Shown here piece after piece: positions 7,326 through 11,432 of a DNA stretch of 11,432 nucleotides. How positions within the stretch are numbered: position 1 is the first letter of the stretch; the number at the start of each line of letters is the position of its first letter. Under the pieces are notes generated by a model. That model made no database searches. It saw nothing but the letters and a program-made list of their open reading frames with translations, and had not been told where the DNA came from. The DNA comes from a plasmid: the sequence record NZ_CP060116.1; one strand, 5' to 3'. The position numbers were made by a program, and so were the translations under genes.

Positions 7326-8591
7326 ATGGAAGAAAACAAGGAGAAATTCTTAGAAAATCTTAAAATAATTGGAACTATTCCAGGTTTATTAAAAAATAAT
7401 ACAGAGCAAATGGCGAAGATAGAAGCAGAATTAAATGATTTTAAAAAAGATATTGGAAAATCTTCATCTGTTATTGCTACTAATTATAGCAAATTAATTG
7501 AATTAAAGGCTTTATTATCCAACCTAAATGAAGAAGAATTAAAAGAGATTACATTAAAATTAACAAATACATTAGAGCCTTTAAAAAAGGATTTAAAAAC
7601 AATAATTTTAAAAGAAATTTTAGTAGATATAGAGCCACAAATAAAAGAAGTGGTATTAAAAGACCTAAAAACTTTAATAACAACTGAATTTATCGAGAGT
7701 ACAAGCAATATAATAAAACAGTATGAAGAAGATTTTAGAGAAAAAATCGAAAGCAGGAGCAACACTATAATTGAAAGTATTGAGAATAACACAAAAAACA
7801 TTGAAATTATGAATAATAATAAAATAAAAATGAAAGAAGATATATTAAATCTTATAAATGCCCTTGGAGAAGATAGAAGCATAAGAACTGATATACTTGA
7901 AAAAGATAGAAATGCAAGAGCAAGAGAAGTACAGAGCATTAAAGATACATCTAGCGAAATCATAAAGAACACTAACGAATATAACTTCTTAAATAGTAGC
8001 GAATTTCATTTCTATAATAATATATCACAGGCTATCCTAGGAGCAGTTTTAACAGTAGCAGGAGCGATTAAGAGATACAATATAATCTTAATCTTAATCT
8101 TATTAGCATATACAGTTTTTAAAGGCTTCATTGCATACAAAGTAGGAACTAAGCAGGATAAGTACAATCTAAAAGCAATAGATGAAGAATTTTTTAATAA
8201 AGTTAAGGACAAAATTGTCTTGCAAGTCCTTTATTTTCTTTCAGGAATTGCTTTAATAATCTGTAATATGATAATTTATGATTTTTTTAACAAAAAAATT
8301 AATATAAATCTATTTAATATAGCATTAATTACAATAGATTTCATTGTTAAATATCAAATTTTGGGAATTTTTATTATTAATCTACTTGGTTTTATACCAT
8401 TTTTAATATTTACAAAAATAGAAAATTCTTTTAAACTTACTTTTAAGGAGCAGGAAACTTACACAGAAGATGAAAAAAGAAAAAAGGAAATAGTTAGCAG
8501 GGGGTTTAAATTTATAGGCTTTCTATTACTTGGAATGTCTATTTTTATATCTATTTATTACTTCGTTCCAACTTTATTTTTAAAGTATTAG
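7326..8591 (+). CDS. Membrane protein (421 aa) with an N-terminal coiled-coil/soluble domain of about 225 aa and four predicted TM helices at the C-terminus. Possibly a MobB-like mobilization accessory protein. Function unknown.
   Basis: RBS TAAGGAG 7 nt upstream, in an operon with the relaxase. Hydrophobic segments AILGAVLTVAGAI..ILILILLAYTVF, VLQVLYFLSGIALIICNMII, LFNIALITIDFIV..ILGIFIINLLGFIPFLIF, FIGFLLLGMSIFISIYYFV. No P-loop motif. Confidence 0.6.
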   Translation: MEENKEKFLENLKIIGTIPGLLKNNTEQMAKIEAELNDFKKDIGKSSSVIATNYSKLIELKALLSNLNEEELKEITLKLTNTLEPLKKDLKTIILKEILVDIEPQIKEVVLKDLKTLITTEFIESTSNIIKQYEEDFREKIESRSNTIIESIENNTKNIEIMNNNKIKMKEDILNLINALGEDRSIRTDILEKDRNARAREVQSIKDTSSEIIKNTNEYNFLNSSEFHFYNNISQAILGAVLTVAGAIKRYNIILILILLAYTVFKGFIAYKVGTKQDKYNLKAIDEEFFNKVKDKIVLQVLYFLSGIALIICNMIIYDFFNKKININLFNIALITIDFIVKYQILGIFIINLLGFIPFLIFTKIENSFKLTFKEQETYTEDEKRKKEIVSRGFKFIGFLLLGMSIFISIYYFVPTLFLKY

Positions 8592-8598
8592 CAACATA

Positions 8599-8627
8599 AG
8601 GCACAATTAAGGTTGTGTCTTTTTTTA
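8599..8627 (+). terminator. Rho-independent terminator of the mob operon.
   Basis: aggcacaa / ttgtgtct stem (one G-U pair), 6-nt loop, T7 run. Confidence 0.6.
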
Positions 8628-8790
8628 CTTAAGGGGAACACCCCTTAACAACCCCCTATTATGCGTCATTATCCCCAGTCCCCCAACGAGCAGGGGAACT
8701 CTTGGGGACACTCGGCGTTGCTAGTTCTTATAGAACACCACTTATGAGCCACCCTTGTTACTTCCTATACAGTCCGTGGGGAAATACTCA
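8628..8790. other. GC-rich structured island in an otherwise AT-rich intergenic region. Candidate ncRNA, single-strand initiation site or recombination/attachment site.
   Basis: Perfect hairpin TTAAGGGG aaca CCCCTTAA at 8629-8648. Multiple C4-5/G4-5 runs (ccccag, tccccc, agggga, tgggga) that could pair. Ends with a fifth copy of the CCACGGAC motif at 8772-8779 on the minus strand. Confidence 0.3.
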
Positions 8791-9166
8791 ATAATTCAGT
8801 TATTAACTTCTTATTTGTAGTATATTAATTATTCATTTTTATTTTATTTTGATATACTAATATTTAAAAATACTTAATTATACAATATCAATACATTTTT
8901 ATTAATATCAATTACTATTTAAGTTCAGTATATAGAATTTATTTTATATTGATATTAAATAATATTTTTTATAGTATACTATAACTATATCTATAACATA
9001 TCATCATAATTTGAGTTCTATTATAGTATTTTATGTATTTAAAAATATTATATTGATTTTAAAATAATTTAAAATTAAAAATTTATTTCAATTTTTGCTA
9101 GAATACCGATTTTACCTTATATTCAATCTTATAGTGTATATATAGTTTATATATAATATATCAGTG

Positions 9167-9182
9167 ATATAGTTATAATATA
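9167..9182 (+). repeat. 16-bp direct repeat ATATAGTTATAATATA, copy 1, inside a TATAGT-rich AT tract.
   Basis: Identical to 10039-10054. Region 9130-9230 carries at least 7 TATAGT(G/T) units. Confidence 0.6.
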
Positions 9183-9256
9183 GTTATATTATAGTGCATT
9201 ATTGATAGTATATATAGTTACAATATAATATTGTTTCTTCCATTTTTTTAATTAAG

Positions 9257-9265
9257 TGGTATAAT
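9257..9265 (+). promoter_or_regulatory. Perfect extended -10 element TGgTATAAT. Candidate promoter of the RHH-protein gene. An alternative TTGACA, 17 nt, ATAAAT lies at 9311-9339.
   Basis: Read directly. Tandem CACTGAT repeats lie just downstream of the predicted start site. Confidence 0.3.
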
Positions 9266-9275
9266 ATAGACATAG

Positions 9276-9307
9276 CACTGATGAACACTGATACAAGATA
9301 CACTATA
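9276..9307 (+). promoter_or_regulatory. Candidate operator. Direct repeats CACTGAT (9276, 9286) and CACTATA (9301), the first two spaced exactly 10 bp apart.
   Basis: aCACTGATgaaCACTGATacaagataCACTATAaaa. Direct repeats on one helical face are typical of RHH repressor operators. Confidence 0.35.
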
Positions 9308-9417
9308 AAATTGACAATAATTTATTATTGGAAATAAATAGAAAAAACTATCATTTTTTATAGTATATGTTATATTAGTATTGCATTTATTTTATAAAAT
9401 ACAAGGGAGGTTTTATT

Positions 9418-10017
9418 ATGAGCGTACATCGTTTGACGCAGGAAAAAATTGACAGTATTAAAAAGAAAATTCAAGACAAAATTGATTTAAAAGAGATTAT
9501 AATTGCACATTTTGGGAATAGCAAACACAGGTTTGATGAATGGTTGAGTAAAAACAGTTCTCATTTTACTGGTGCAGAATTAGATTATTTAAACTTTGTA
9601 ATTGTTATTGATAACAAGGCTTCAGGAGCAGGAGCAAAAGTAAAAGTAAAAGATGAAGAAATGGAAGTAATTCAAGATAAAAAAGAAATTGATATTGAAG
9701 AAAAAAACACTATCTTAACAGTAGCTGTTCCTAACTTAACACAAGTGGCACTAATGAGCAGAAAAGATAGAGAAAACTTCCTATTAAGTAATCAAGTAAT
9801 TGAAAAACTTGTAAATCTATTAAGTAATACAGATATAAAAGACACAAACATAGTAATAAGAGATGAAGCAAGAAACTTAAAAGATTTAAAAATACAGAAT
9901 ATAAGGATATCAGAGCAAATTTATAAAGATTTTGTAAACATCTGTAAAAAACACAACTTAACTATAACAAGTGTAATTAATAGTATGTTCTTAGATTTCA
10001 TCAGTCAACACAAATAA
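9418..10017 (+). CDS. Putative DNA-binding protein (199 aa) with a C-terminal ribbon-helix-helix-like fold. Candidate transcriptional or partition regulator.
   Basis: Strong RBS GGGAGG. C-terminus IRISEQIYKDFVNICKKHNLTITSVINSMFLDFI has a beta-strand/helix/loop/helix pattern like CopG/Arc/omega. Confidence 0.6.
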   Translation: MSVHRLTQEKIDSIKKKIQDKIDLKEIIIAHFGNSKHRFDEWLSKNSSHFTGAELDYLNFVIVIDNKASGAGAKVKVKDEEMEVIQDKKEIDIEEKNTILTVAVPNLTQVALMSRKDRENFLLSNQVIEKLVNLLSNTDIKDTNIVIRDEARNLKDLKIQNIRISEQIYKDFVNICKKHNLTITSVINSMFLDFISQHK

Positions 10018-10038
10018 TATAGTGTATGTATAGTATGT

Positions 10039-10054
10039 ATATAGTTATAATATA
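10039..10054 (+). repeat. 16-bp direct repeat ATATAGTTATAATATA, copy 2. It contains a TATAAT box just upstream of the 73-aa ORF.
   Basis: Identical to 9167-9182. Preceded by tatagtgtatgtatagtatgtat, which echoes 9130-9150. Confidence 0.6.
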
Positions 10055-10069
10055 AAAAAAGGGGAGAAT

Positions 10070-10291
10070 ATGGAAAAAGCAAAAGTATTAAGAAATTTAG
10101 AAAAATTGTTAAATAGAGATTTTGAGTTCATAAATTCAGGAAGAATTTTAGTGGTTGCAGATAATAAAAGCATTACAGGAGATTTAATAAATTCTCTATG
10201 TTTCAAACTGGATATAGACCCAAACAGAATATATAAAAAAGATTTAATCAAGTTTATAGATAGTATAAAAGATTTAAAAGAAATTGATTAA
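10070..10291 (+). CDS. Hypothetical small protein (73 aa).
   Basis: RBS AAAGGGGAG 6 nt upstream. The antisense ORF 10045-10251 is judged spurious. Confidence 0.5.
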   Translation: MEKAKVLRNLEKLLNRDFEFINSGRILVVADNKSITGDLINSLCFKLDIDPNRIYKKDLIKFIDSIKDLKEID

Positions 10292-10387
10292 AAACAGTCG
10301 TATAAAATCACCAAGAAGCAGGAATGAAAAATCATTACTTTTTTAGTATTAAAGACTGTACAAAAAGAAAGGGGGTTTTAAAACAAT

Positions 10388-11020
10388 ATGGCAATATATG
10401 GTTATGCAAGAGTTTCGAGGGAAGTGCAAGACTTAACAAGACAATTAAAAGCCTTAACAAGTGTAGGAGTTGAGCCACAAAACATCTTTAAAGATATTGG
10501 AAGTGGGAAAGACTTCAATAGAATAGAGTATCAAAAGCTAGTCAATCAAACTTTAAAAGCAGGAGATACCTTATACATTACATCTATTGACCGACTTGGT
10601 AGAGATATGAAAGCCATAGAGCAAGAATACAAGGTTATAACAGAACTAAGACAATGTAAGTTAATTAGCTTAGATGAGCCTTTTTTATCTTCATCTAATG
10701 ATGAAATTATGAATGAACTCCTAAGACCTATTCTTTTGAAGTTTTTAAGTTGGGTAGCAGAGAGAGAAAGAAAAGAAATGTTGAATAGACAAAAACAAGC
10801 CTACTCATCAATGAAAAAGGACTGGAAAGGACGATTGATAAGTAACAAGACAGGTAAAGTAATTGGACGACCTAAAAAGTATATAGACCTAACCAAAGAC
10901 CAAAGACATAAAGTCGAAGAATGGATTGCAGGAAGTAGAAGTTGTCTATCTGTTGCTAAGGAGTTAGGAATTTCAAGGACTACATTATATAGAATAAGAG
11001 AGGAAGAATATACAGAGTAA
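10388..11020 (+). CDS. Serine recombinase of the resolvase/invertase family (210 aa).
   Basis: N-terminal catalytic motif IYGYARVSREVQD (Ser in RVS). DRLGRD. GRPKK. C-terminal HTH SVAKELGISRTTLYRI. Collinear with Tn3/gamma-delta resolvase. Confidence 0.9.
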   Translation: MAIYGYARVSREVQDLTRQLKALTSVGVEPQNIFKDIGSGKDFNRIEYQKLVNQTLKAGDTLYITSIDRLGRDMKAIEQEYKVITELRQCKLISLDEPFLSSSNDEIMNELLRPILLKFLSWVAERERKEMLNRQKQAYSSMKKDWKGRLISNKTGKVIGRPKKYIDLTKDQRHKVEEWIAGSRSCLSVAKELGISRTTLYRIREEEYTE

Positions 11021-11022
11021 AC

Positions 11023-11097
11023 AAAAAAGGCTTCTCATTCAAGAGCAGTGAGGGACTACTCATATATTTTTTGAGGGGAGAGAAAAGCCTTTTCTGT
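11023..11097. other. Long imperfect inverted repeat (AAAAAGGCTTCTC ... GAGAGAAAAGCCTTTT) enclosing a 43-nt loop that contains GAGGGACTAC. Possible terminator or recombinase-associated site.
   Basis: Read directly. The loop carries the same GGGACTA core as the iterons at 541-1036. Confidence 0.3.
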
Positions 11098-11165
11098 TAA
11101 AATATTAATCTTATCAGTTGTATTATACCATAAATTAAAGAAAATGGAAATGTAAGGGGGAGTAA

Positions 11166-11417
11166 ATGCTAACAACAGATGAATTTATAGATAAATTTTA
11201 TAAAGAGCTACTAACAGATGAAGATTTAGAAGATATTAATTATCTAACTAACTTTATAGATACAGACAATACATACTGGGAAACAGTTGAAGAAGCAGAG
11301 GACTATATTATATTTAAAATAGTTAATAGAGAAGATAAATCAGAACAATTTTTTATATTTACCAAGAGAAGTTACAACATTTTTAAACTTCAATATGAGT
11401 ACCCAACATTTATTTAA
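11166..11417 (+). CDS. Small highly acidic hypothetical protein (83 aa).
   Basis: Strong RBS TAAGGGGGAG. D/E-rich (TDEDLEDIN, ETVEEAEDY). If the replicon is circular, the terminator would be the hairpin at 6-40. Confidence 0.55.
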   Translation: MLTTDEFIDKFYKELLTDEDLEDINYLTNFIDTDNTYWETVEEAEDYIIFKIVNREDKSEQFFIFTKRSYNIFKLQYEYPTFI

Positions 11418-11432
11418 AAATCTAACAATACC

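Noticed and set aside
7484-8212. Minus-strand ORFs 7484-7972 and 8012-8212 inside the membrane-protein gene.
   Set aside because: They are antisense to a well-supported operon gene, with no RBS and Leu/Ile/Phe/Ser-rich artefactual products.
8628-8790. tRNA or tmRNA-like gene in the GC-rich island.
   Set aside because: No T-loop GTTCRANYC motif and no acceptor-stem/CCA arrangement could be found by eye.
8800-9417. Possible CRISPR array or IS terminal repeats in the AT-rich TATAGT-repeat tract.
   Set aside because: The repeats are short (6-16 bp), irregularly spaced and AT-only, with no repeat-spacer periodicity and no transposase. They are better explained as promoter, operator or curved-DNA elements.
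10045-10251. Minus-strand 68-aa ORF overlapping the 73-aa plus-strand ORF.
   Set aside because: The plus-strand ORF has a strong RBS (AAAGGGGAG), while the minus-strand one has none.
1-11432. Mycoplasma/Spiroplasma-type genetic code (TGA=Trp), considered because of the extreme AT content.
   Set aside because: TGA at 3513-3515 cleanly terminates the helicase ORF with the next gene overlapping it. All Trp residues in the relaxase tail are encoded by TGG.

Overview
This is a very AT-rich window, by eye well under 30% G+C. TGA is used as a stop codon, so the host is not a mycoplasma-type recoder; the codon and AT bias fit a low-GC Firmicute or Fusobacterium-like host. The window reads like most or all of a small mobilizable plasmid or phage-plasmid that has been linearised at an arbitrary point. 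Five modules can be read from the sequence:

1. A leader region (1-540) with three or four hairpin terminators and an unannotated 23-24-codon hydrophobic peptide gene that has its own extended -10 promoter, ribosome-binding site (RBS) and terminator.
2. A replication module: an iteron-like field (541-1036, about 11 copies of GGGACTA in both orientations, bounded by a 12-bp inverted repeat TCTCCACGGACA); a small HTH protein; a roughly 630-aa P-loop protein with D5/P4-type (SF3) helicase motifs; and a translationally coupled DnaG-like zinc-finger/TOPRIM primase. In effect this is a split phage-P4-alpha-like initiator with the gene order reversed.
3. A convergent K/E-rich 146-aa gene on the minus strand with a near-consensus promoter.
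4. A mobilization module: a GC-rich structured element that is a candidate oriT, a MobC-like RHH accessory protein, a MOBP-type relaxase (catalytic Tyr motif plus HxDxDHxHxH), and a 421-aa coiled-coil/4-TM membrane protein.
5. A GC-rich structured island followed by a roughly 600-bp TATAGT-repeat AT-rich region, then a putative RHH regulator, two small proteins and a resolvase/invertase-type serine recombinase.

Two further observations stand out. A GC-rich 11-mer, YCTCCACGGAC, is heavily over-represented, with five copies of its 8-bp core. A perfect 20-bp inverted repeat is shared between two coding regions.

No CRISPR array, tRNA, rRNA or IS element was seen.
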